Origin: Candidatus Tayloriibacteriota bacterium
Lineage (GTDB): Bacteria > Patescibacteriota > Minisyncoccia > Phycocordibacterales > PALSA-1337
Assembly: GCA_037130865.1 (NCBI GenBank)
Contig: JBAXSG010000001.1
Coordinates: 41,429 to 105,428, forward strand
Length of the DNA: 64,000 nt
Reading direction: 5' to 3'
Shown here: piece after piece, positions 1 to 8,126 of the stretch
Numbering within the stretch: the stretch's first letter is position 1
Layout: each line of letters opens with the position of its first letter
The notes under the pieces: generated by a model
Database searches by the model: none
What the model was told of the DNA's origin: nothing
The model's input: the letters and a program-made list of their open reading frames with translations, nothing else
Translations under genes and position numbers: made by a program

Positions 1-236
1 GGGATGTACCTGCAGACAGCGCCAAAAATGGCGCAACAATCGGAAAATATTTCGAGGTCGTAAACAAAATTGCGCAAGCACAAAAGAAAGCTTTCAACCA
101 AGAAATGATACTAAGCAAGATTGTCGGTGAGGAAGTCCCCCATGCACATATCTGGGTCTATCCGAACAAAGAGACCAAAGGAGATAAAGAAGATTTTGAA
201 GGAAATAAAAAGAAGATTGTCGCAGCATTAATCTAA
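1..236 (+). CDS. HIT (histidine triad) family hydrolase, C-terminal fragment running off the window start
   Basis: Frame 3 reads ...MILSKIVGEEVPHAHIWVYPNKETKGDKEDFEGNKKKIVAALI*. The HxHxHxx histidine-triad motif is present. Stop TAA at 234-236. Confidence 0.55.
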   Translation, partial: DVPADSAKNGATIGKYFEVVNKIAQAQKKAFNQEMILSKIVGEEVPHAHIWVYPNKETKGDKEDFEGNKKKIVAALI

Positions 237-249
237 AGACCAAGAAAAT

Positions 250-1386
250 CTATAGATTCAATGCGTCTATACCTGGCAATGTTCCATTAGTAAGAAAATC
301 TAACATAGCGCCACCGGCGGTAGATATGAAAGTGAATTTATCTTCGAGCTTGAGAGTCGCTATAGCTGCCAATGTATCACCACCACCAACTATTGAAGTG
401 ATCTTTCCTGCGGCGCCAGCGACATCAAAACGAGCTGCAATCGCCTTTGCCACTTCTTGAGTCGCTTCACAATAACCACCTTCATATAAGCCGAGTGGTC
501 CATTCCAAAGAATGAAACTTGCCGCATCAATCTTCGCTTTCAAGAGCTCTAGTGTCTTCGGACCAGCATCCATAATTTTGTCAGTATTTATGAGACAGTC
601 CACAGGTCTAGTCTCGCGATTCTCAATAACCACATCTTCCGGAAGCATGAGCACTGGATTGGAAAAATATTTCGAAAGATCAAACTCACCAACAGAGACT
701 AGGGATTTTCCGACTTCGTAGCCTTTGCCTTTGAAAAAATCATGAGCCAGAGCACCTCCAACAAACACAGTATCAGCCAGACGAATAAATCTTTCTAGTA
801 GAGGAAGTTTCGTCTCAAACTTGGCACCACCGAGTATAAAGAGGAATGGATGCATGGCATGAAATGCCTGCGAGAGATGCTCGATCTCATTTTGGAGTTG
901 CAAACCGGCATAGCTCGGCAGAAGCTTCGGCACACCAACGATCGAGGCGTGCTCACGATGACAGACTGAGAAAGCATCATTTACAAAAAAATCTCCAAGT
1001 GAAGCCAATTCCTTAGCAAATTGCTGGTCATTGGTCTTCTCACCGTCGAATTGACGAAGGTTTTCCAAGAGAATGCACGAGCCGGCTGACATCTTCGCAA
1101 TCTCGTCAGTGGCATTGCGGATATTTTTCACAAAAGTTGTCGAAACTCCAAGATTCTCCAGCACACCAACAACCGGTTCCAAGGTCGCCTTTTCACCTTC
1201 CTTCACTTCGAGATGGCTTATCAAAACCACCTTCGCGCCTTTCGCACGCAAAAAGTTTATCGTTGGCAAGGCCATACGGATGCGATAATCGTTAACCACT
1301 TTGCCTTTGATGATCGGCACATTGAAATCCACACGCACAAGTGCGCGAACATCTTTCAAGTATTCGATATCGGAGAGAGTTTTCAT
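250..1386 (-). CDS. pgk: phosphoglycerate kinase
   Basis: 378-aa translation from MKTLSDIEYLKDVRALVRVDFNVPI... with PGK N-terminal substrate-binding and C-terminal nucleotide-binding hallmarks (GGGA/GGGD region). The ATG at 1386 is preferred over the upstream ORF start at 1446. Confidence 0.92.
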   Translation of the reverse strand: MKTLSDIEYLKDVRALVRVDFNVPIIKGKVVNDYRIRMALPTINFLRAKGAKVVLISHLEVKEGEKATLEPVVGVLENLGVSTTFVKNIRNATDEIAKMSAGSCILLENLRQFDGEKTNDQQFAKELASLGDFFVNDAFSVCHREHASIVGVPKLLPSYAGLQLQNEIEHLSQAFHAMHPFLFILGGAKFETKLPLLERFIRLADTVFVGGALAHDFFKGKGYEVGKSLVSVGEFDLSKYFSNPVLMLPEDVVIENRETRPVDCLINTDKIMDAGPKTLELLKAKIDAASFILWNGPLGLYEGGYCEATQEVAKAIAARFDVAGAAGKITSIVGGGDTLAAIATLKLEDKFTFISTAGGAMLDFLTNGTLPGIDALNL

Positions 1387-1509
1387 GAATGCACCATAAG
1401 ACTGGCTTGTTTCAAGTATAACATTAAAAACGAAAGAGCCGCGCACAGTTTTTTTGTTTCTGTGCGCGGTCTTGAATGTCAGCGGCTCATTCCATGCCAG
1501 GTGAATAAA

Positions 1510-2148
1510 TCACCGCCGTGCTTTTACGGGTTTTACGGATTCTGCTAGATAAGCCTGAACCATTAAAGCAAAACCACGCTCAATGACGAACTTGTAGCCG
1601 GGGCGATCGTAGGACGCATCTACCCACCGACCACCATCGGCACAGCCAACACGGAGAAAGAACGGGTTGCCTCTGGAATCCTTGACTGAGTCACACATGA
1701 CAACAATCCAATCCAGACCCATCTCCTTAAAGTCCTCATCCGAGAGCGTCTCACGGATTTGGAACAATATTTCAATGTTCGTCTCCAGTGCTTTTCCATA
1801 CTTCAGTCCGCGCTTGTCACCTTCGGCTTGAATGTTCTTGAAGGTGCGGTTACCGTCTTCGAACAGCACCCCTTTCAGCACCGCGATTTCGCGGATGACA
1901 CCAGTCGTCGGCGGCATAACCAGCTTACTGAAAACTTTAGTGGCTGATTTGCTAAAGCGGAAACCCTGATCCATAAGACGCTCTTTCCACTCTGGATATG
2001 TTGTACCGTTAGTGGCAGGAAGTTGGATATAAATTACACCATCAACTTCACGCCAACGCTTTACATGCTCTTTTGCAGCCATGATGATGGCCTTTCTCCG
2101 ACCAGTGGTCGGGATTGTCCTTATACATACGTGATAAGGATTGTTCAA
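1510..2148 (-). CDS. hypothetical protein on an elevated-GC segment, upstream neighbour of the DGR
   Basis: 212-aa ORF with no recognisable motifs. Local GC is visibly higher than the flanking pgk. Start is uncertain (an alternative Met at about 2082). Confidence 0.4.
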   Translation of the reverse strand: MNNPYHVCIRTIPTTGRRKAIIMAAKEHVKRWREVDGVIYIQLPATNGTTYPEWKERLMDQGFRFSKSATKVFSKLVMPPTTGVIREIAVLKGVLFEDGNRTFKNIQAEGDKRGLKYGKALETNIEILFQIRETLSDEDFKEMGLDWIVVMCDSVKDSRGNPFFLRVGCADGGRWVDASYDRPGYKFVIERGFALMVQAYLAESVKPVKARR

Positions 2149-2190
2149 TGTTCTTTACTGTCAATGGTATAGACCTTTTATGACTATCTG

Positions 2191-3273
2191 TCAATGACAT
2201 GAATTCGTCCACAACATTTGAGACTTTCCTGGTAATTGATTATATAACCTTATTTGTTGGCCTAGTTTATAACTATTTCCATGCGAAAGCATACCTAGAT
2301 AAGAGTTAAGCGTGGCCTCATATTTTTCGCTCTTTTCACTATCACCTTCACTATCTATAACTGCCTTTTTAGCCAACAAGTTTCTAAACATCCTCTTCTT
2401 GGTGGTTGTGCGTAAGACGCGATATTTAGGAAAATGAACCCAGCCAAGAAAATCTATACCGGAAGAAACAGTCTCTATCGATACTTTATCGGGATGAAGA
2501 TCCAGTCGCAATTCGCTCTGCAAAAAATCGCGAACTTTCGGGAGAAGACCGGCCAAAACACCTCGGTCATCATGCATAACCAAAAAATCATCGGCGTAGC
2601 GGATGTAATATCTCTGTTTCAGTTCATGTTTAATAAATTGATCCAATTCGTTTAAGTAAATATTTACCAGAAGTTGCGATGTAAGATTCCCAAGTGGCAG
2701 ACCTTTACCAAAACCGCCGGCACCACCAACAGCACCAACGACCTTACCACTAGAAAAACTGGAGATTATTTTCCAAAGCAACCCGAGAGTCGCATCATCC
2801 ACGGTATGCCTTCGTAAAACCCTCATCAAAACTTCATGATCAATAGAAGCGAAGCACTTGCGCACATCACATTTCAAGACCCAACAAGTTCGCCTGTGAT
2901 TTTTCGAAACTTTGCGTGCAAATTGTCTGAAACGATTTAGTGCTTTGTGAGTTCCTTTGAAATCTCTGCATGAATAAGAGTCAAAGATGAATCTCTTATC
3001 AAAAATCGGATACAAAATTCTGTATATAGAGTGATGCAATAATCTGTCACGAACAGTGGCTTTATGTATTATCCTAGTCTTAGGATCATTTATGATAAAA
3101 CTTTCATATAATCCGTGCGCATAGTTGCCATATAACAAATCTCTATATAAATCCGATATATTGCTAGACAGCTTTATTGTAAATTCAGCCACATCGTCTT
3201 TGCGGTTTTTGTCCACCACAAATTCCCGCCAGGCCTTGCATAAATTTTGAAAAGATATAATATCCTCGTACAT
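2191..3273 (-). CDS. diversity-generating retroelement (DGR) reverse transcriptase
   Basis: 360 aa. RT motifs are present: IINDPKTRIIHKATVRDRLLHHSIY (motifs 1/2), GLPLGNLTSQLLVNIYLNELD (motif 4 with the DGR-specific xGNLTSQ signature in place of group-II QGxxxSP) and YIRYADDFLVM (YADD catalytic motif 5). Size and N-terminus (ISFQNLCKAWREF) are typical of DGR RTs. Confidence 0.9.
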   Translation of the reverse strand: MYEDIISFQNLCKAWREFVVDKNRKDDVAEFTIKLSSNISDLYRDLLYGNYAHGLYESFIINDPKTRIIHKATVRDRLLHHSIYRILYPIFDKRFIFDSYSCRDFKGTHKALNRFRQFARKVSKNHRRTCWVLKCDVRKCFASIDHEVLMRVLRRHTVDDATLGLLWKIISSFSSGKVVGAVGGAGGFGKGLPLGNLTSQLLVNIYLNELDQFIKHELKQRYYIRYADDFLVMHDDRGVLAGLLPKVRDFLQSELRLDLHPDKVSIETVSSGIDFLGWVHFPKYRVLRTTTKKRMFRNLLAKKAVIDSEGDSEKSEKYEATLNSYLGMLSHGNSYKLGQQIRLYNQLPGKSQMLWTNSCH

Positions 3274-3332
3274 ATGAATTTAACTCAAAATCAAAATCTT
3301 TCTCATAGTACCCCCCCCGCAAAACGCCACAA

Positions 3333-3698
3333 GTGCTTTTGAAAGAGAAAGTGGTATACCGATCGTGGATATCGCTTCATAGGAATTTTCCGCGAATAGA
3401 AAGATTGGGTATTGGCCAAAAGATAGAGGCCTCTTTTCTGGATATTCTCGAATATACTTTCGTAGCAATGTATCTGGCATCTGACCAGAAAATTCTGATG
3501 CTCAGTAAAACCATAGCCAAACTAGATAAATTGAAATTTTTCATGCAAATAGCGTGGGAAAATAAACTCATACCAGAAGAAAAATATGCCCAGATATCGC
3601 TGGATCTTGAAGAGATTGGCCGCCAACTCGGCGGTTGGAGAAAGGGGTTGCAAACATCCGACCCAACGAAAACTCCCACCACAGGACAAGCCGCGTAG
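3333..3698 (+). CDS. avd: DGR accessory variability determinant (Avd-like four-helix bundle, 23S rRNA-IVS protein family)
   Basis: 121 aa from a GTG start. FPRIERLGIGQKIEASFLDILEYTFVA ... LEEIGRQLGGWRKGLQ aligns along its length with Bordetella phage bAvd (IPRKHGVAREMFLKCLLGQVELFIVA ... IAEVGRILGSWIARVNRKGQ). It lies between the RT and the TR but on the opposite strand. Confidence 0.72.
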   Translation: MLLKEKVVYRSWISLHRNFPRIERLGIGQKIEASFLDILEYTFVAMYLASDQKILMLSKTIAKLDKLKFFMQIAWENKLIPEEKYAQISLDLEEIGRQLGGWRKGLQTSDPTKTPTTGQAA

Positions 3699-3712
3699 TA
3701 GGAGAAATGGTA

Positions 3713-3830
3713 AGTTTCGGAACCACGATGCGATTCCTGTTCTCGGCGTTCCACACATTGTCGTTCAAGAAGCGGTTCACGTTCACCTTGGGAGCTCCAT
3801 CGGAGTCCAGATTCACGTTCGCGACGAAGA
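3713..3830 (-). repeat. DGR template repeat (TR)
   Basis: 118-nt segment homologous to 4163-4280. The conceptual translation VNLDSDGAPKVNVNRFLNDNVWNAENRNRIVVPKLT is rich in AAC/AAT codons. Every TR/VR difference falls on a minus-strand adenine of the TR. Confidence 0.85.
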
Positions 3831-4146
3831 AAATATGCAATAAACCATCCGTTACACCATCGGCCAAATCATGACCGATTGAATTTCATTTGGGACATAG
3901 AAGTCCGCCAGTTCATTGCACCAACTGACTATTTTTTGTTAATAGGAATACATCCACTCTCCTGCAAGACGTATCCGGCAGAATTCTCGAATGTATTTCT
4001 TCACAAGCGTGGCGCGGAAGCCTTGGCCGCCGCACATTCAGACTTGTGATGCTACTATAACAAAATCACCCCAACCTGTGGAGTGCCATCTTTTTCAGAC
4101 GGCACACCACAAGGGTCAGAGTGATTGATAGTCAGAGCGTCAAGCG

Positions 4147-4836
4147 CTAAGACTCGAGGGTCAGTTGCGGAACCACGATGCGACTCCTGCCCTCGGCGTA
4201 CCACACAATGCCGCACAAGAAGCGGTACACGTGCACCTTGGGAGCCCCATCGGAGTCCAGATCCACGCGCGCGACGAAGAGTTCACCATTGGCTTCGAAT
4301 AGGAAGAGCGTCCAGAAGTCTGTGCTGAGCCACTTGTGGTGGTTCTTCACAAACTGGATGATCTGAGGCTGTGGGAGGCACAGCTTTTTCGAATCCTCCG
4401 ACAAACTATCGAAGATTTTTTGATAGTTGCCGTTCTTGATGAGTTCATGAACAGCAACGTTCGTTTCCTTCGTCGGTTCGCTCTTCACATCGCAACCCCA
4501 GTTCTTGAAGTCGCAGTCGATGCCCCAGGTGAAAACTTTCTCTGCCCGAGCAATAGTCTCCTTGCCATCGGTTGGTTTGAGCGTGATGGTTTCCGCGCCC
4601 GAGATGAGCTTAAGGCAACCGCTCACGTTCTCGGTGATTTCTGCAAGCTTCTTCTTCACCGCTTCCATGACCACGGTTTTGAGTTCATTGCCGCGCTCCA
4701 CGAGTTTCTGAATGTTGTCACCGTTGATGACATCATTCTTTTCGAGGTCTTGGATCGCCTCCTCGGTGGCTTTACGAGCTGCCGATGTTGCGACTGTTAC
4801 GACTTGTTCTTTCTGACCAGATGTAATCGGTTTCAT
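4147..4836 (-). CDS. DGR target (variable) protein with a C-terminal VR-encoded ligand-binding segment
   Basis: 229 aa. The C-terminus ...FVARVDLDSDGAPKVHVYRFLCGIVWYAEGRSRIVVPQLTLES* is the diversified copy of the TR-encoded peptide (N->R/D/H/Y/C/I/Y/G/S, D->G, K->Q). There is no obvious N-terminal signal peptide. A ribosome-binding site AAAGGA lies 9 nt upstream of the ATG. Confidence 0.8.
   Translation of the reverse strand: MKPITSGQKEQVVTVATSAARKATEEAIQDLEKNDVINGDNIQKLVERGNELKTVVMEAVKKKLAEITENVSGCLKLISGAETITLKPTDGKETIARAEKVFTWGIDCDFKNWGCDVKSEPTKETNVAVHELIKNGNYQKIFDSLSEDSKKLCLPQPQIIQFVKNHHKWLSTDFWTLFLFEANGELFVARVDLDSDGAPKVHVYRFLCGIVWYAEGRSRIVVPQLTLES
4163..4280 (-). repeat. DGR variable repeat (VR) inside the 3-prime end of the target gene
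   Basis: Offset exactly 450 nt from the TR. There are 15 mismatches to the TR within 3731-3820 versus 4181-4270, all plus-strand T in the TR changed to C/A/G in the VR (adenine-specific on the coding strand). The 3-prime flank (4150-4170) is GC-rich and shows non-adenine mismatches to the TR (IMH versus IMH*-like). Confidence 0.85.
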
Positions 4837-5031
4837 GCCGTTATCATCCTTTCTTTATACGGCTTTCGGCCGGCCGTTGACTAACCTTCATTGGTTTCGC
4901 CACAGCAGACAGTTGCCATCGACATTAACCAAAATAGTTAACATCCTAGCCACTTTCTGCCATGGCGAAAATCGCATTTTATGTTCATTTCCGCAATATT
5001 CAAGGTGCTTTTACTACCCAATAGTATACAC

Positions 5032-5802
5032 CTAAATAGAGACTCTGTCAACCTCTTTTATAAGCTCCACAAATCCAGGAATATTTACACTTTCGCGGCC
5101 GACAAGAAGACCATCGACTTTTCCGATAGTGATAATGTCCGGCGCATTGCGGTATGTCACAGAACCACCATAGAGCACTGTAACTTTGAGACCCATATCG
5201 GCACCATAGAGATCAGCGAAAACTTTTTTAATGAAAAGCGAAGTCTCGTAAACATCTTCTGGCTTCATAGCTTCCGCGGCGCCGATAGCCCAGATTGGCT
5301 CATAAGCAACTATTATTGACTTGGCTGACTTCTTCAATATATCTCCACAACTGGCCTTGATCTGATCTTTCAGAAAACCTAGATACGCGCCGCTTTCATC
5401 GCGAACGGATTCTCCTATGCAAAGTATCGGCGTCAAACCTTGACCAAGTACCGCTTTCAAACGTGCCGCGACTGTTTCGTTGGTGTCGCCGCGCTTGCGC
5501 TGCTCCGAATGTCCAACGATGACATATTCAACTCCAATATCACGCAACATGTGCGCTCCAACTTCACCTGTATGTGGCCCACCTTCTTCTTGAGTAGAGA
5601 CCGTCTGCGCACCCATGTGAAAATGAGCAATCTTCTTGCGAGATGCGCAAGCTGTAATAAATGGCAATGGCGGACAGATCACGACTTCTGTATTGGCTAA
5701 GGCGGGTGCTGCGCGCTTGAATTTGTGCGAAAGTTTCTTGGCCTCAGCGAGCGTGGCTGGGTTCATTTTCCAGTTTCCGACTACTAGTTTTTTGTTAGTC
5801 AT
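5032..5802 (-). CDS. tpiA: triosephosphate isomerase
   Basis: MTNKKLVVGNWKMNPATLAEAKKL... has the canonical TIM N-terminus (GNWKMN) and catalytic residues. The ATG at 5802 is preferred over the ORF start at 5823. Confidence 0.92.
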   Translation of the reverse strand: MTNKKLVVGNWKMNPATLAEAKKLSHKFKRAAPALANTEVVICPPLPFITACASRKKIAHFHMGAQTVSTQEEGGPHTGEVGAHMLRDIGVEYVIVGHSEQRKRGDTNETVAARLKAVLGQGLTPILCIGESVRDESGAYLGFLKDQIKASCGDILKKSAKSIIVAYEPIWAIGAAEAMKPEDVYETSLFIKKVFADLYGADMGLKVTVLYGGSVTYRNAPDIITIGKVDGLLVGRESVNIPGFVELIKEVDRVSI

Positions 5803-5854
5803 TGGATAATTGTAACACAACAAAAATGTCCCGCCATTACGGCCATTGCTGCTA

Positions 5855-7174
5855 TTATCTCACCTCCTTCCATGAAATCATCTTATATTGATTGCCCTGA
5901 CTTCCTCCTTGTTTGATTATTGGGAAATATGGAGGTGGATTGCCAGCCAGATTCACATCATAAGCGATATTACGAGCTGTATAAGCTGTACCGTCTGTAT
6001 AAGTAAATCCAAATTTCTTATTTGTGGCTATAGAACCATTTAGCGTAAGTGTCGAACGATGAGAATAATCTATACCATCTACTCTACAAGCAGATGGATA
6101 GAAAAATCTACCGACGCGACCATTTTCTGCTATAAGAGCTCCATCTATATGCAAAGAATCAGCGCTGACTAAACCGATATTTATATTCTCCTTGGCAATA
6201 AGTCCAAGAGCTTCGGTGTTATCGTATTTTATGTACGACAAATCTGAATTGACTGTTATATTATTTGCAGCAATCGTAAGTCTTGAGCCGTCTATAGTGC
6301 CGTCGACCCAAACATCATCATTGAAAAATAGAAGACCTTGAACTGGTAAAGTATATGTGCCGAGAAAACTCTGTGAGTGAATACTCCAAGTACCCCAACC
6401 GGCTGTAGCACTGGAACATCCAGCAGGTGCTGCGACCAACTCTGTCACTGTATATAAGGTAAATGTATCATCTTGATTTAAGGCGATATGATATCCGTAT
6501 GCAGGACTTTCATCGTATTGGGATCTTGCATAATAAGTACCACTACTACTTGCGACCGTCTGAAGTCCTTGAAAATCAGCACCAAGCCCAGAAAAATCCA
6601 CCACTGTGACCGGCGCTTGCTTACCAGCATAGAAAACACCTGATCCATCTACTGCAGTGGCGCTCGAGATAATATTATTTGCGATTCCATTGAAGTGGAT
6701 GACTCCATTTGCCATGACTGGTCCAGAGGTTTCAGTATCGAATGAAAATATAAGACCATCATTTGAGACTATGGCGTATTTTGTAAATGTTGGAAGACCG
6801 AACACAGCTTCGATAGTGCGAGAGATCTTCGAACTATTCAAATCCACACTCCCTTTCGAACTAACAGATATCTTGGTCGAACCAACGGTTGTCGGAGCTA
6901 CTTCTAGTACATAATTTCCGAGAATATTACCGTCTTTATCGAAAAAATCTTGCTTATATGTGTGTGTTTGATTATCACTGGTAATATTGGCGATATTTCC
7001 TCTAAACGAACTGAGACCAGCCTCTGCAATCTCAAAAGCTTGCTCGCTCTTGACCGCCATCCTTGCATTTACGATCAAGGTCGCGCCCCAATTTACCAAA
7101 CCAATAACCATAGTCACCGCTACAGCAGCAAAAACCAAAACACTTACGAGTATATCTCCTCGAATTGTCATCAT
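5855..7174 (-). CDS. type IV pilus minor pilin / tip-associated protein, PilX-like (large)
   Basis: The N-terminus MMTIRGDILVSVLVFAAVAVTMVIGL is a hydrophobic prepilin-like helix, followed by AVKSEQAFEIAEAGL (PilX_N-like). It is the last gene of the pilB-pilC-pilin operon. Start is taken at the internal ATG-ATG at 7174 and is uncertain. Confidence 0.55.
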   Translation of the reverse strand: MMTIRGDILVSVLVFAAVAVTMVIGLVNWGATLIVNARMAVKSEQAFEIAEAGLSSFRGNIANITSDNQTHTYKQDFFDKDGNILGNYVLEVAPTTVGSTKISVSSKGSVDLNSSKISRTIEAVFGLPTFTKYAIVSNDGLIFSFDTETSGPVMANGVIHFNGIANNIISSATAVDGSGVFYAGKQAPVTVVDFSGLGADFQGLQTVASSSGTYYARSQYDESPAYGYHIALNQDDTFTLYTVTELVAAPAGCSSATAGWGTWSIHSQSFLGTYTLPVQGLLFFNDDVWVDGTIDGSRLTIAANNITVNSDLSYIKYDNTEALGLIAKENINIGLVSADSLHIDGALIAENGRVGRFFYPSACRVDGIDYSHRSTLTLNGSIATNKKFGFTYTDGTAYTARNIAYDVNLAGNPPPYFPIIKQGGSQGNQYKMISWKEVR

Positions 7175-7217
7175 GTATGCAGTTTTTTGCGATGATATTA
7201 TCTTCATATATTTATAT

Positions 7218-7667
7218 TCATAAATTGCGTAGCTGTACAAAAGCAGAGTAAGAAGCAATCGTTATCCGTACAAAACGCACAGCCGATATGTCTGTAGTGG
7301 TGGCGTCGTTACCATCGAAGTATAAGAATGAAGCCACGGAATCATAAACTATAGGTTCTGGTATACCATCGGCATTTGTATCTGAGAAAAATCTGATCGT
7401 ACTAGACCCAATAGCCGTAAGTGGGTATGCCCCACTTGGTGGTGCTGACATCTGACGCATTTCTCTTGAAATCTTTTTCAAAACTATTTGTGAACTCTGT
7501 GATACATCAAATGATCCTGATATAGATTTCTGATATGAAAATATATTAACTTCAAAAGTTGTGATCGCTACCATAATTACAAGGAATATTGAAAGTGCGA
7601 CTAGGGTTTCAACTAGAGTCATACCTCTCGTATTTTGACTATTTTGATTTTTGGGATGAAATAACAT
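7218..7667 (-). CDS. type IV prepilin / pseudopilin
   Basis: Class III signal peptide ...NTRG|MTLVETLVALSIFLVIMVAI with Glu at +5. Confidence 0.75.
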   Translation of the reverse strand: MLFHPKNQNSQNTRGMTLVETLVALSIFLVIMVAITTFEVNIFSYQKSISGSFDVSQSSQIVLKKISREMRQMSAPPSGAYPLTAIGSSTIRFFSDTNADGIPEPIVYDSVASFLYFDGNDATTTDISAVRFVRITIASYSAFVQLRNL

Positions 7668-7672
7668 AATAT

Positions 7673-8122
7673 CTATATTGATGTCGGTGTCACCTCTCCA
7701 GTCAAAACAATCGGTGTGAAATTCTTACAAGACGCGCATGAAACACTTACTTCCACGAGTTTACTGACGATAGTACCTCCTGTAGAAAATGGCGATTGCG
7801 CATTTTCATCGCGAATATACAAAGCTACAGTAAATGGTACGCCTCCTCGAACTACCTCTTGTCTCGCAGACAAAATCCCATGTGGAATCCCATCGACTAA
7901 ACCAACATCTATATATGACATACCGCGCACTATCTCTAACTGCTCACTTGCCAGAGCCAAGGCCAACAATTTTGTTTGATTCGCTCGCGCTACTTGAAAT
8001 AAGCTGGTATAGGCACTATATGCGGCTATCGCCACCACTAGAAAAAGTGCTGAACCAACAACCACTTCTATGAGAGAGAAGCCTCTTCGTGAAATCTCCT
8101 GTTGTGAGTTTTTGTGTGACAT
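7673..8122 (-). CDS. type IV prepilin / pseudopilin
   Basis: ...EISRRG|FSLIEVVVGSALFLVVAIAAY prepilin leader and cleavage motif. The start at Met 8122 avoids overlap with pilC; the ORF track gives 8137. Confidence 0.75.
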   Translation of the reverse strand: MSHKNSQQEISRRGFSLIEVVVGSALFLVVAIAAYSAYTSLFQVARANQTKLLALALASEQLEIVRGMSYIDVGLVDGIPHGILSARQEVVRGGVPFTVALYIRDENAQSPFSTGGTIVSKLVEVSVSCASCKNFTPIVLTGEVTPTSI

Positions 8123-8126
8123 TGAA

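Noticed and set aside
250-1446. Numerous 60-110-aa ORFs antisense to or overlapping pgk, pilB, pnp, PBP1A, uvrD and other genes in the ORF track
   Set aside because: They are nested within, and antisense to, long ORFs with unambiguous conserved-family translations. They show no motifs of their own.
3568-3867. 99-aa minus-strand ORF spanning the template repeat
   Set aside because: It is ORF-like only because the TR is a copy of the coding VR segment. Its flanks have no protein-like features and it overlaps the avd 3-prime end on the other strand. It is treated as the non-coding TR, not a gene.
4336-4884. 182-aa plus-strand ORF antisense to the DGR target gene
   Set aside because: It lies entirely antisense to a well-supported coding region whose C-terminus matches the TR-encoded peptide. 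It has no motifs and is most likely a GC-driven spurious ORF.
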